Counted from the first letter of the stretch, positions 31,544 through 40,328 are shown. The stretch: 64,000 nt of DNA from Longimicrobiales bacterium (GCA_965198065.1 CBDAON010000004.1:1088001-1152000), one strand, 5' to 3'. Program-made: numbers and translations. Notes: generated by a model from the sequence alone, not told the origin.

Positions 31544-33882
31544 AACGGAAACCCCACGCCCAATCCGTTTCCGCCCGTCCCCGCGGCCTGCGCCTCGAGG
31601 AGGCGGCTGTAACACCCGTGCGCCGCCTCGACGAAGAGCTGCGCTTCCTCAACCCGGCGATGGGCTTCGTCCCCGTCCCGGACCCGGCCCCCGGCCTCGT
31701 GCACGCTCTGGAGGTACCCCCACTCCTTCGCGCCCACGAAACGCTCGAAGAACAGCTCCGTATCGATGAACTTCATCTTGAACTCGGGGAACACGAGCGC
31801 AGGATCGCCCTTCTGATCCGGGTTCTCGGCCTTGAGGAGACCCTGGGCCGCGAGGATCATCGCCTGGTAGGCGAGCTGACCGGCTTCGTCGAAGCGCGCC
31901 GGTCCCGCTCTTTCGTCGTCCAGGAGCACCGACGCGTCGAACGCCTTGGACTCCGCGTTCGCAAGGCTGAATTGGGTGAGCGTCACGACCTCCCCAGCGC
32001 ACTCGCCCACGCCGATGTCCCCGATCGAGTACTCGCGCGCGTCGTGCCAGTCGACGTAGAAGGTCGGATCGGTCTCGTAGGCCGGCACGGCGAGGAGATC
32101 CCCGAGCCTCCCCTTGATCTCCTTCTTCCCCACCCGCACGACCCACGAGCGGAACGTCTCGTCCGACTCACGCTCGGTCGTGTAAAGGTCGAGGAGCCGA
32201 TCCACCGTCTCCGGGATCCGCTTGGACGGAACGGCACCCATGGCCAGCCCGTAGCTCCCCGCGTTCTCCTCGAGCGATCCGCCGAGAAGCAGCTGGAAGT
32301 GGGGCACCTTGTAGGCGCCCACGTTCCGGCTCGAGCCGTAGAAGCCGATGTCGGCGATGTGATGCATCCCGCACGAGTTCGGGCACCCGCTCACCTTGAT
32401 GTGCACGTCCTTGAGGACCGGATCCAAATGGAGCTCTCGCTCGTGCAGGCGCTCCCTGAGCTCGGCGCCAAGCCCGCGCGAGCTGGCGATCCCGAGCTTG
32501 CAGGTGTCCGTGCCCGGGCATGCGGTCACGTCGGTGATCGTCGCCGCGCCCGTAGACACGAGCTTCGCCTCGTGGAGCTCGTTGTAGATAGCGACCAAGT
32601 CCTTCTCGTGGATCCAGCGGAGGAAGAAGTTCTGGTCCACGTTCGTGCGGAGCGCGCCGGGAGCGTACTTCCGGACGAGGTCCGCGAGCCTGCGCGTCTG
32701 ACGGGACGTGATGTCGCCCAGGGGAAGGTTGATCGTGACCGCCACGGACCCCTCTTGGCGCTGCCGGTAGACGTTCGTCTTCGACCACTCCTCGAACCCG
32801 TCCGCCGGCACGGTCGACTCGTCGGTGACCGGCTCCGAGCGCCCCTCGATCTGGGGCAGGCGCGCCTCCTCGAGCCAGGCGTCCCAGCGCGGATCGGGCT
32901 CAAGCGCAGACAGCTCCTCCTCCACCACGCACTTGAACTCGTCGATCCCGAGCTTGGCCACGAGGAACTTGATCCGGGCCTTGTTCCGGTTCCGCTTCTC
33001 GCCCAGCCGGGCGAAGACGCGGGCGATCGCCTGTGAGAGCGGGAGCATCTGGGCTTCCGGCATAAACTCGTAGAGCACCTTGGCCACGTGCGGGACGGGC
33101 CCAAGCCCACCGCCCACCACCACCGTGAAGCCCCGCTCCTCCACGCCGTCCACCTCCCGGGTCGCCGCGACGAACCCGAGGTCATGCATCATGACGCGGG
33201 AGCAGCCCTCATGTCCGCATCCGGAGTATGCGATCTTGAACTTCCGCCCGAAGTCCTGGACGTCCGGATGACCGAGGAGGAAGGAGGCCTCGGCCTTCGC
33301 GTAGGGAGAGATGTCGAAGCGCTCGTCCGTGCAGATCCCCGCCTTGGGGCAACCGGTGACGTTCCGGACCGAGTTCCCGCACGCCTCCCGTGTCGTGATC
33401 CCAACAGCGGCCAGGCGCCGGTGCAGATCCGGCGTGTCCTCGATATCGACGAAGTGCAGCTGGACATCCTGTCGGGTCGTGATGTGGAGGACCGCGTTCG
33501 AGTACTCCTCCGCGCAGTCCGCGAGGACCTCGAGCTGCTCGGCCGTGACCTGCCCGTACGGGATCTTGATCCGCTGCATTCCCGGCGCGTCCCATTCGGT
33601 CTCGGGCCCCTTCGTAAGCCCGAGGCGCCGGAAGGGGAGCTCCTGGGTCTTGGTCCCATCGTAGCGCTGACCGTTGTCGTAGCGCTGGCCGTAGGCGCCC
33701 CGCCGGAGGCGAAGCTCGGCGAAGACCTTGTCCTCGATCTTTCCCTGTTTCCGGAGCTCCATCTGCGCCTCGTAGGAGTCGATCTCCTCCGTCACGTGGG
33801 GAGGAATGCTATCCGCGAGCCGCACCTTCCAGCTCCACTGCCCCGGACTAGTCGCGCCGGTGTTCGTCTCGCCTGGGCTCAT
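31540..33882 (-). CDS. sir: Ferredoxin-type sulfite (nitrite/sulfite) reductase, siroheme/[4Fe-4S]
   Basis: HITTRQ, CGNSVRN, RKFKIA, CPGTDTC and SGCPNSCG ligands; downstream of cysH. Confidence 0.9.
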   Translation of the reverse strand: MSPGETNTGATSPGQWSWKVRLADSIPPHVTEEIDSYEAQMELRKQGKIEDKVFAELRLRRGAYGQRYDNGQRYDGTKTQELPFRRLGLTKGPETEWDAPGMQRIKIPYGQVTAEQLEVLADCAEEYSNAVLHITTRQDVQLHFVDIEDTPDLHRRLAAVGITTREACGNSVRNVTGCPKAGICTDERFDISPYAKAEASFLLGHPDVQDFGRKFKIAYSGCGHEGCSRVMMHDLGFVAATREVDGVEERGFTVVVGGGLGPVPHVAKVLYEFMPEAQMLPLSQAIARVFARLGEKRNRNKARIKFLVAKLGIDEFKCVVEEELSALEPDPRWDAWLEEARLPQIEGRSEPVTDESTVPADGFEEWSKTNVYRQRQEGSVAVTINLPLGDITSRQTRRLADLVRKYAPGALRTNVDQNFFLRWIHEKDLVAIYNELHEAKLVSTGAATITDVTACPGTDTCKLGIASSRGLGAELRERLHERELHLDPVLKDVHIKVSGCPNSCGMHHIADIGFYGSSRNVGAYKVPHFQLLLGGSLEENAGSYGLAMGAVPSKRIPETVDRLLDLYTTERESDETFRSWVVRVGKKEIKGRLGDLLAVPAYETDPTFYVDWHDAREYSIGDIGVGECAGEVVTLTQFSLANAESKAFDASVLLDDERAGPARFDEAGQLAYQAMILAAQGLLKAENPDQKGDPALVFPEFKMKFIDTELFFERFVGAKEWGYLQSVHEAGGRVRDGDEAHRRVEEAQLFVEAAHGCYSRLLEAQAAGTGGNGLGVGFPL

Positions 33883-33946
33883 CGTTTGCCGTCCTGACTC
33901 GTCCCGCCGATTCACGTCGAGGTACGGGCTGGGTACCGTACCCTCG

Positions 33947-34732
33947 TCACAAGTTATGGAGCCCGCACTCTGTCCGGGTGCCCCCGCGCCACCGCCCCGC
34001 CCGCTCGTGCTCCCCCGGGAGCGTGGGCGTCGTGAGGGGCTCGTCCCCGATGCTCGCGTAGCCCTCGTCGTGGAGGGGATGATAGAGCACCCGGTTCACC
34101 ATGATGAACTCCCACACTTGGTCCAGGGTCCAGAGCGCGAGAGGGTTCACTTTCGTGCGGCCATTCTTCTCGACGATCGGAATCCCGGCTCGCGACTCCG
34201 ATTGGTCCCGTCGCCGGCCGCTGATCCACCCCTCGAAGCCGTCCAGCGCCCTCCGCATCGGCTCGACCTTCGTGAGCTGGTGGAACAGCTCCTCGTCCCG
34301 TTCCCAGAGGCGCTCCCCGTGCTGGGCCTCTAACGCCTCCCTCGACTTGGCGGCGGGGAACGTGCGGAGGTCGATCCCGTAGTGCTCGCGCACCCGCTCC
34401 GCATGCTCGAGGGTCTCCGGGAAGTGGTAGAGCGTATCCACGAAAAGCACGGGAGTGCGAATCCCCTCCTCCGCCAGCATGTGGATGAGGATCATCCCGC
34501 TGGGACCGAACGTGGACGACATCGCGACCCGGCCCTCGGGGAAGGCGGATGCGGCCCAGCGGAGCACCTCCCTCGGATCGGCTCCCTCGAAGTGGCGGCT
34601 GAGATCCGCGGCTTCCTCGGCGGTGAGAGAAGCCGATACGAACGGAGCCGGCGCCACCACCGGGTCCACCGCCCTGCCGTCCGCAGAGATGCCCATCGTC
34701 TCGACTCCGGCCCCCAGAATGTCCTCTCTCAC
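33947..34732 (-). CDS. cysH: Phosphoadenylyl-sulfate (PAPS/APS) reductase lacking Fe-S cysteines
   Basis: FVDTLYHFPET, KVEP, GRRRDQ, KVNPL, GYASIGD, RAGRW, ECGLH. Confidence 0.92.
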   Translation of the reverse strand: MREDILGAGVETMGISADGRAVDPVVAPAPFVSASLTAEEAADLSRHFEGADPREVLRWAASAFPEGRVAMSSTFGPSGMILIHMLAEEGIRTPVLFVDTLYHFPETLEHAERVREHYGIDLRTFPAAKSREALEAQHGERLWERDEELFHQLTKVEPMRRALDGFEGWISGRRRDQSESRAGIPIVEKNGRTKVNPLALWTLDQVWEFIMVNRVLYHPLHDEGYASIGDEPLTTPTLPGEHERAGRWRGGTRTECGLHNL

Positions 34733-34846
34733 CGCCGCCTCGTCCTTCCAAGCTCCGTTCGCCAGACCTTCGTCCGCCCCCAGCTGCCGCTCCTGTCCAC
34801 CGGCACCGGTCCGCGCTCCACCTTCCGTCCTAGTCCCGCCCCGGCC

Positions 34847-34880
34847 AAATCAAAAGCCCCGACCTCTTGGAGGTCGGGGC
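34847..34880 (-). terminator. Intrinsic terminator (attenuator) between leader ORF and cysH
   Basis: GCCCCGACCTC-CAA-GAGGTCGGGGC-TTTTGATTT. Confidence 0.85.
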
Positions 34881-34905
34881 CGAAGTCCTCTGCGCGATCG
34901 GGCGG

Positions 34906-34989
34906 CTACGCGAAGTGTCTCCGGGACCCACCCCCAGCGGGGGAGGCCGGACAAGAACACATCGCGCAACACATCGCGGTCATAGCCAT
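34906..34989 (-). CDS. Met/Cys-rich leader peptide MAMTAMCCAMCSCPASPAGGGSRRHFA (27 aa)
   Basis: 4 Met + 4 Cys in the first 13 codons; lies between promoter and terminator upstream of cysH. Confidence 0.8.
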   Translation of the reverse strand: MAMTAMCCAMCSCPASPAGGGSRRHFA

Positions 34990-34998
34990 AGCGAGAAG

Positions 34999-35027
34999 AC
35001 TTTAGGCCGAAGGGCGGGGGACGTCAA
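34999..35027 (-). promoter_or_regulatory. sigma70 promoter of the leader-cysH operon
   Basis: TTGACG-N17-TAAAGT; -10 ends 9 nt before the leader ATG. Confidence 0.8.
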
Positions 35028-36700
35028 GGCCCTCCGGAGCCTTCCGGAGCCCCGTGGCCGACCTTCCCCGTCCCCGTCCGCCGGCTCCCGCGGGCAGCTT
35101 CGAGCTCGGTCCTGGCCATGGACATGAACACGGAGCACGGCTCCGGGCAGGGGATCTGGCCCCCGGGACCTGCCTTCTCGCCCGCGGGGTCACCGCCCGC
35201 CCAAGTGGGACGGCGGAGGCACCGCCCCGGGGCACAGCACCGGGAAACGACCCGCTCCACCCCCTTCTCGTCGAGCTCCGCGACGCCCGCATAGATCCCG
35301 GTCTGGCGAGGCGCCGCCCGGGCAAACGGGGTGAGCGCGAGCCGGCCCCGTAGGGCCAGGTGCCGGTGGACGAGCGCGGTCGGGTAGAGATGCGCGTAGG
35401 CCTCCCAGACCTGGTCGGGCGAGAGGTCGGTGAGGCGCCACCCACCGGCCAGGTCCGGCGCGGTCTTGAGTGGCCGATGGACTCCGTTCCCTGAGCGGGC
35501 CGCGACCTCGAGCGCGTCCTCCGGATCGAGGAGTTGCCGGAGCTCGGCCCCGTCCCGACCGCGGTCGTCCACGTGCCGGATTTCGTAACGCCGCTCGTGG
35601 GCGGGGGTCGCCCCGGCACCCCCCGGCTGCGGTGCGAGCGGACGGACTACCGCCTGGAGCACGTCCCACCCATCGGGACCCGCTTCCCCAAGCCAGGCGG
35701 CGAAGGCCTCCCTCGCCTCGCGAACGTCGGAGGGCGTGGGCGGCGACCGGCCTCCGGGACTCTTCTCGTCAGTCTCCCGGCCGGGCGTCCGATCGTCGGG
35801 CCCATCGGTGCGTCCCTCCCCTCCTTCCTCCTCCCGAACGATCCGGTGGACGAGGTCGACCAGCGACGGATGCGTGCCCACCGGCTGCGCGTACCAGATC
35901 GTCGCGCCGCCCCTCTCCGTCCGACCTCCCGAGATGGCCAGCGTCGCCGGAACGGTCGAGCCCGCGTGCCATCCCTCTGACATGAAGAAGGGGACGAGGA
36001 TCACGTTCCCGTCCGCGAGCTGGGGAAGGAGCTGCTCGACGCGGGGATCTTGGTCCAGGAACGCCGCGAGCACGCGGCGGTAGGGGCCACGCGCGCGGAT
36101 GCGCTCGACGACAGCAAGAGTCGTGTCTCCCGAGCGGGAATGGGCGTCCGTCCCGTGCCCGATCACGACGAGCGTCGCGCCGGCCTCGTCCCCCGCATCG
36201 AGCGGGGCCACCTCTCTGGCCCGCTCGCGTACGATCGCCTCCATGTGCGGATGCGCGCCCACCGGCGGACAGAGGCGGAGGACCCGGCCGGAGCGGCGGG
36301 TCACCCGTCCCGCGAGGCCGAGCTCTCGGGGGACGACCGTCTCCGTGAAGTAACCAGTGCTCGTAAACAGGGGAACGACGAGCACCTCGCGACTCTCGAC
36401 CAGGTCGAGCGCGGTGTGGAGGTGCGGGTCCTCCTTCCAGAACCCCACCCGGACCTCGGCGAACGCACGGTCCTCCCTCAGCCGGCAGGCCAGGAGGTGG
36501 ACGGGACGGGCGGAGTCCGAGCTGTGGTGGGAGCCGTGCCCCACGAGAAGCACTCCCGCGGCCGACCCACCGCCCCCGGACGGGCTCCGGCCGGCCCACT
36601 CGGGGCCCTGACTCCCGCCTTCCCGCGTCCTTGACAAGGTTCGAACGCCTCCCCTACGTAAGGCTCCAGCGCCGGAGGCGCGCCGCTCCGAAGGTTCCAC
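35024..36700 (-). CDS. CbiX/SirB-type chelatase fused to a Cys-containing DR2241-like C-terminal domain
   Basis: LLVGHGS, FWKEDP, VPLF...GYF, IGHGT, PFF..GWH; C-terminal RPLKTAPDL, CC...C, PCPEPC. Confidence 0.82.
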   Translation of the reverse strand: MEPSERRASGAGALRRGGVRTLSRTREGGSQGPEWAGRSPSGGGGSAAGVLLVGHGSHHSSDSARPVHLLACRLREDRAFAEVRVGFWKEDPHLHTALDLVESREVLVVPLFTSTGYFTETVVPRELGLAGRVTRRSGRVLRLCPPVGAHPHMEAIVRERAREVAPLDAGDEAGATLVVIGHGTDAHSRSGDTTLAVVERIRARGPYRRVLAAFLDQDPRVEQLLPQLADGNVILVPFFMSEGWHAGSTVPATLAISGGRTERGGATIWYAQPVGTHPSLVDLVHRIVREEEGGEGRTDGPDDRTPGRETDEKSPGGRSPPTPSDVREAREAFAAWLGEAGPDGWDVLQAVVRPLAPQPGGAGATPAHERRYEIRHVDDRGRDGAELRQLLDPEDALEVAARSGNGVHRPLKTAPDLAGGWRLTDLSPDQVWEAYAHLYPTALVHRHLALRGRLALTPFARAAPRQTGIYAGVAELDEKGVERVVSRCCAPGRCLRRPTWAGGDPAGEKAGPGGQIPCPEPCSVFMSMARTELEAARGSRRTGTGKVGHGAPEGSGGP

Positions 36701-36898
36701 GCGCGCGGCCCCGGAGTCGCGCGAGCGCCATCCGCCTCAACCTAACGAAGCCCTTCCGCGACGCCGAAGGAACCGGAGGGCGGGCGAGTACCGGCGATGA
36801 CCCGACGAGCCCCCGACCGCTCTCCAGGCCGGGGGCTCGCGCCCTTTCGGGCGGGAAGCGTCGCCAGGGCGTGGAGGGGAACGCCAGAAGGTGGACCG

Positions 36899-37726
36899 AT
36901 GACCCGAAAGCGACCGGGAACCGTATACCTCGTCGGGGCCGGCCCCGGCGACCCGGATCTTCTCACCCGAAAGGGCGCGCGGCTCCTGGCCGTGGCGGGT
37001 GCGGTCGTGCACGACGCCCTCATTGACTCCAGGCTTTTTACGGAGGTCGCGCCCGGCGCCGAGCTGTACGACGTGGGGCGGCGAGCGGGGACGAAGCGAC
37101 TGGACCAACCCCAAGTGAACGAGCTCCTGATCAAGCTCGCGGGGGTCCATGAGATCGTGGTTCGACTGAAGGGGGGAGACCCGTTTGTCTTCGGTCGTGG
37201 GGGAGAGGAGGCAATCGCGCTCAAGGCCGCCGGCATACCGTTCGAGGTGGTTCCTGGAGTCACGTCAGGGGGTGCGGTCCCCGCGTACGCGGGGATCCCC
37301 CTGACCCACCGGGGAGTGGCCTCGTCGGTGACGTTCCTCACCGGGCACCAAGTCACGTCTGCCCCGGAGGGGGCGGAAGCCTCGAGCCCCATCACCCGGG
37401 AGGGGACGCTCGTGATCTTCATGGGCCTCCTCAGGGTCGAGGAGATCGCGCGGGGACTGATCGAGCGAGGTCTATCGCCGGACACGCCGACGGCGGTGAT
37501 CCAGTCGGGGACCTACGCGTCCCAGCGGACCGTCACGGGAGTGCTGGCGGACATCGGGGAGCGGGCGCGGGCGGGTCGCATTTCGCGCCCCGCGCTCATC
37601 GTGGTCGGGGACGTCGTGGCGCTTCGCGAGGGGATCCGCTGGTTCCCCGAGGCGGGAGTCGAAACAGCGACCGGCAAAGGCCCCCCCGAGCGGGGAGTGG
37701 CTCAGGGCGCGGACAAAGCGAAGTGA
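36899..37726 (+). CDS. cobA: Uroporphyrinogen-III C-methyltransferase (siroheme synthesis)
   Basis: VYLVGAGPGDPDLLT, RLKGGDPFVFGRGGEE, PGVTS, GIPLTHR. Confidence 0.93.
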   Translation: MTRKRPGTVYLVGAGPGDPDLLTRKGARLLAVAGAVVHDALIDSRLFTEVAPGAELYDVGRRAGTKRLDQPQVNELLIKLAGVHEIVVRLKGGDPFVFGRGGEEAIALKAAGIPFEVVPGVTSGGAVPAYAGIPLTHRGVASSVTFLTGHQVTSAPEGAEASSPITREGTLVIFMGLLRVEEIARGLIERGLSPDTPTAVIQSGTYASQRTVTGVLADIGERARAGRISRPALIVVGDVVALREGIRWFPEAGVETATGKGPPERGVAQGADKAK

Positions 37727-37947
37727 GTGTAGTTCTTCTCGATGTAGGCCGTCCACTCCGGGGGCACGTCGGTATCCGGAAAGATCGCCTGAACCGGGCA
37801 CTCGGGCTCGCAGGCCCCGCAGTCGATGCACTCTTCGGGCTGGATGTAGTACTGGTCGTCCGCGTCGTAAATGCAGTCCACGGGGCAGACGTCCACGCAG
37901 CTCGCGTCCTTCGTGCCGATGCAGGGCTCGGCGATGATGTAGGTCAT
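37702..37947 (-). CDS. Ferredoxin (7Fe/8Fe FdxA type)
   Basis: MTYIIAEPC...CVDVCPVDC...CIDCGACEPECP. Confidence 0.93.
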   Translation of the reverse strand: MTYIIAEPCIGTKDASCVDVCPVDCIYDADDQYYIQPEECIDCGACEPECPVQAIFPDTDVPPEWTAYIEKNYTHFALSAP

Positions 37948-38471
37948 AGACCGTCGGCTGAGGTAGTTCTTGCGCTTGAGTACCTCTCCTCCCCCCGACT
38001 CCGTTCTGCCGGAAGCTCCGACACGGGGACCCGCAGGGGCGACCCGGGCGCCGCCGGATTCCAGCGCCACGCCCCCATGGCCGCCCAGTCGTCCGAGGCG
38101 TCCTCCCCCACGATGAGCCAAAGCACTTCGGGCCACAGCTCCATGTATCCCCGATCGATCGAGGACGGAACCGGCCGCCCCACCGGGTGGGAGTGGTAGA
38201 ATCCCACGATCTCGTGCCCCGTTCCCCGGAGCGAGCGTTCCTCCTCGATCACCCGTCGAGGATCGATCGTGAACCGCGTTCGCCTTCGACCCGCCGGAGC
38301 CTCGTTGGGGCACGGGATCGCGCGCGTGACCCAGATGTCCCCGTCCTGGATCCGCCCCACCAAGAGCCCACACGCCTCGTCGGGAGACGCCCGTCTCGCG
38401 TCCTCCACCACGGTCCGCGAGACGTCCGGGGAGAGGTAGGCGCCCTCGGTCCACCCCTCCCCACCGCTCAC
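37944..38471 (-). CDS. JAMM/MPN+ (Mec-like, M67) metalloprotease
   Basis: EACGLL...GFYHSHP...PSSID JAMM motif. Confidence 0.9.
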   Translation of the reverse strand: MSGGEGWTEGAYLSPDVSRTVVEDARRASPDEACGLLVGRIQDGDIWVTRAIPCPNEAPAGRRRTRFTIDPRRVIEEERSLRGTGHEIVGFYHSHPVGRPVPSSIDRGYMELWPEVLWLIVGEDASDDWAAMGAWRWNPAAPGSPLRVPVSELPAERSRGEERYSSARTTSADGL

Positions 38472-38758
38472 CAGTCGGGCCCCACACCCCCCGCGATGGA
38501 GGGAACGATGGATACCTCGTCGCCTTCCTTCACGGGCGTGTCCAGATCCTTCTCGTAACGGACGTCGGTGCCGTTCACGAACACGTTCAGGAACTGTCGC
38601 ACCTCGCCCTGCTCTCCGAGGATCCGGCCGAGGAGATCGGGGTGCGTACTCCCGAGGTCGTCGAACAGCTCCCGCACGGTAGCCCCTTCCGCCTGGAGCT
38701 CCGCCTGTCCGTTCGTGAGCTTACGAAGCGCGCTCGGCACTCGGACGGTAACGCTCAT
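38468..38758 (-). CDS. CysO/MoaD-like ubiquitin-fold sulfur carrier with C-terminal extension after GG
   Basis: VRVPSALR...LNVFVNG..VR....LDT.V..GDEVSIVPSIAGG-VGPDW. Confidence 0.92.
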   Translation of the reverse strand: MSVTVRVPSALRKLTNGQAELQAEGATVRELFDDLGSTHPDLLGRILGEQGEVRQFLNVFVNGTDVRYEKDLDTPVKEGDEVSIVPSIAGGVGPDW

Positions 38759-40032
38759 CCCTCTACCTCCTCGCTCGCGGCCAGTCGCTCCACCTCGGCG
38801 AGCCTCGGCTGGATGGGATCCTCCAGCCGGAACGTGCCGCGCGCGGCATCCGGAGTCTTGAGCCCGTTCCCCGTGATGCAGAGAACGGTGGGTCCGTCAC
38901 GCCGGAGCCGACCGTCCCGGACCAGGCGCGCCGCAGCGGAAACCGTAACGCCTCCGGCCGTTTCCGTGAAGACGCCATCCAAGGTCGCCAGCAGGCCGAT
39001 CCCGTCAACGATCTCCGGGTCGGACACCGCCTCCCCCCAGCCTCCGGTCTCCTGGATCGTCTCCACCGCAAACAGACCGTCCGCCGGATTTCCGATCGCG
39101 AGCGAGCGTGCGATGGTGTTGGGTTTCTGAATCGGCCGCACCTGCCGCTCTCCGGCCTGCACCGCGTTCACGATGGGTGCGCAGCCCGACGCCTGTGCGC
39201 CGAACATCCGGGGCTCCGGACCCTCCTCGACGAGGCCGGTCTTCATGAGCTCGCGGAAGCTCTTCCGAACCTTCGTGATGAGCGACCCGCCCGCCATGGG
39301 GACGACGACGTTCGCGGGCAGCGTCCAGCCGAGCTGCTCGGCGATCTCGTACCCCATGGACTTCGAGCCCTCGCTGTAGTAGGCCCTGAGATTGACGTTC
39401 ACGATTCCCCATCCGAACCGGTCCGCCACCTCCGCACAAAGCCGATTCACATCGTCGTACACCCCCCGTACGCGGACCACCCTCGCCCCGTGCACGCCCG
39501 TCGCAACGATCTTTTCCACCTCCAGGTCCTCGGGAATGAAGATCCAGGCGCGGAGGCCCGCGGTCGCGGCCTGTGCGGCCACCGCGTTCGCTAGGTTGCC
39601 TGTCGACGCGCATCCGACCACGTCCATGCCGAACTCCCCCGCACGTTGGAGAGCGACCGCAACGACTCGGTCCTTGAACGACTGCGTCGGATGGTTCGAC
39701 GAGTCTACCTTGATCCAGAGATCATCGATGCCCAGCGCGGCTCCCAGCCTCGGAGCTCGGAGGAGCGGCGTCCACCCGACCCCGAGCCCGCGGGTCGGCT
39801 CCTCGGCAACGGGCAGGAGCTCGCGGTACCGCCACAGGTCGGTAGGTCGCGATGCGATCCTCTCCCGCGTGAGCCGACCGCGGAGCCGCTCAAGATCGTA
39901 GACGACCTCTAGAGGACCAAAGCACTCCTCGCAGACGTGATGCGGGCCGGCTTCCGTCTCCGTCCCACAAATTCGACATCGAAGCGTGCTCAGCGCCGCG
40001 GGGGCGAGGGGTGCCAAGTTCGTCTCGCTCAT
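38755..40032 (-). CDS. Threonine-synthase-like PLP enzyme (fold type II) with N-terminal Zn ribbon
   Basis: CRIC...CEEC, PTQSFKDR, ASTGNLA, EGSKS, PMAGGSL, ITGNGLK; start ATG 40032. Confidence 0.88.
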   Translation of the reverse strand: MSETNLAPLAPAALSTLRCRICGTETEAGPHHVCEECFGPLEVVYDLERLRGRLTRERIASRPTDLWRYRELLPVAEEPTRGLGVGWTPLLRAPRLGAALGIDDLWIKVDSSNHPTQSFKDRVVAVALQRAGEFGMDVVGCASTGNLANAVAAQAATAGLRAWIFIPEDLEVEKIVATGVHGARVVRVRGVYDDVNRLCAEVADRFGWGIVNVNLRAYYSEGSKSMGYEIAEQLGWTLPANVVVPMAGGSLITKVRKSFRELMKTGLVEEGPEPRMFGAQASGCAPIVNAVQAGERQVRPIQKPNTIARSLAIGNPADGLFAVETIQETGGWGEAVSDPEIVDGIGLLATLDGVFTETAGGVTVSAAARLVRDGRLRRDGPTVLCITGNGLKTPDAARGTFRLEDPIQPRLAEVERLAASEEVEG

Positions 40033-40150
40033 CGCCTCTATCGTCTCCTGCGCGGTCTGGCCCAAGGGCGGCCCACCCGCGCCGTGTCCACCGCCCGGAG
40101 GCGCCGAAAGATCGCGAGAAACGCGTTCCCGGCAACCCGCCGGCCTCCTT

Positions 40151-40197
40151 AGAAAAAGGAAAGAGCCCCGACCTCTCTGGAAGAAGGCCGGGGCTCT
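40151..40197 (-). terminator. Intrinsic terminator (attenuator) between leader ORF and thrC-like gene
   Basis: AGAGCCCCGGCCT-TCTTCCAGAG-AGGTCGGGGCTCT-TTCCTTTTTCT. Confidence 0.85.
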
Positions 40198-40220
40198 CTC
40201 GCTCCGTCGGGTCCGCTTGC

Positions 40221-40328
40221 CTAGCGCCTGGCGCCTCCGGACACGACCGTCCCCGATGCGCCTTCCTCCATGGAGGAAGCCGACATCGAACAACGGCACA
40301 TGCACATGTAGCCGCGAGCGACCCGCAT
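40221..40328 (-). CDS. Met/Cys-rich leader peptide MRVARGYMCMCRCSMSASSMEEGASGTVVSGGARR (35 aa)
   Basis: MCMCRCSM cluster; AGGAG RBS 10 nt upstream; lies between promoter and terminator. Confidence 0.8.
   Translation of the reverse strand: MRVARGYMCMCRCSMSASSMEEGASGTVVSGGARR

Noticed and set aside
34740..35000. SAM riboswitch or T-box upstream of cysH (and at 40040-40400)
   Set aside because: No SAM-I core (ATCxAGAG...GCAACC...GTGC) or T-box motif seen by eye; the space is filled by the leader ORF and terminator
37944..38758. Ubiquitin-like/JAMM/E1 genes as an antiphage conjugation system
   Set aside because: No E2 or CD-NTase; carrier is CysO-like and the context is sulfur assimilation
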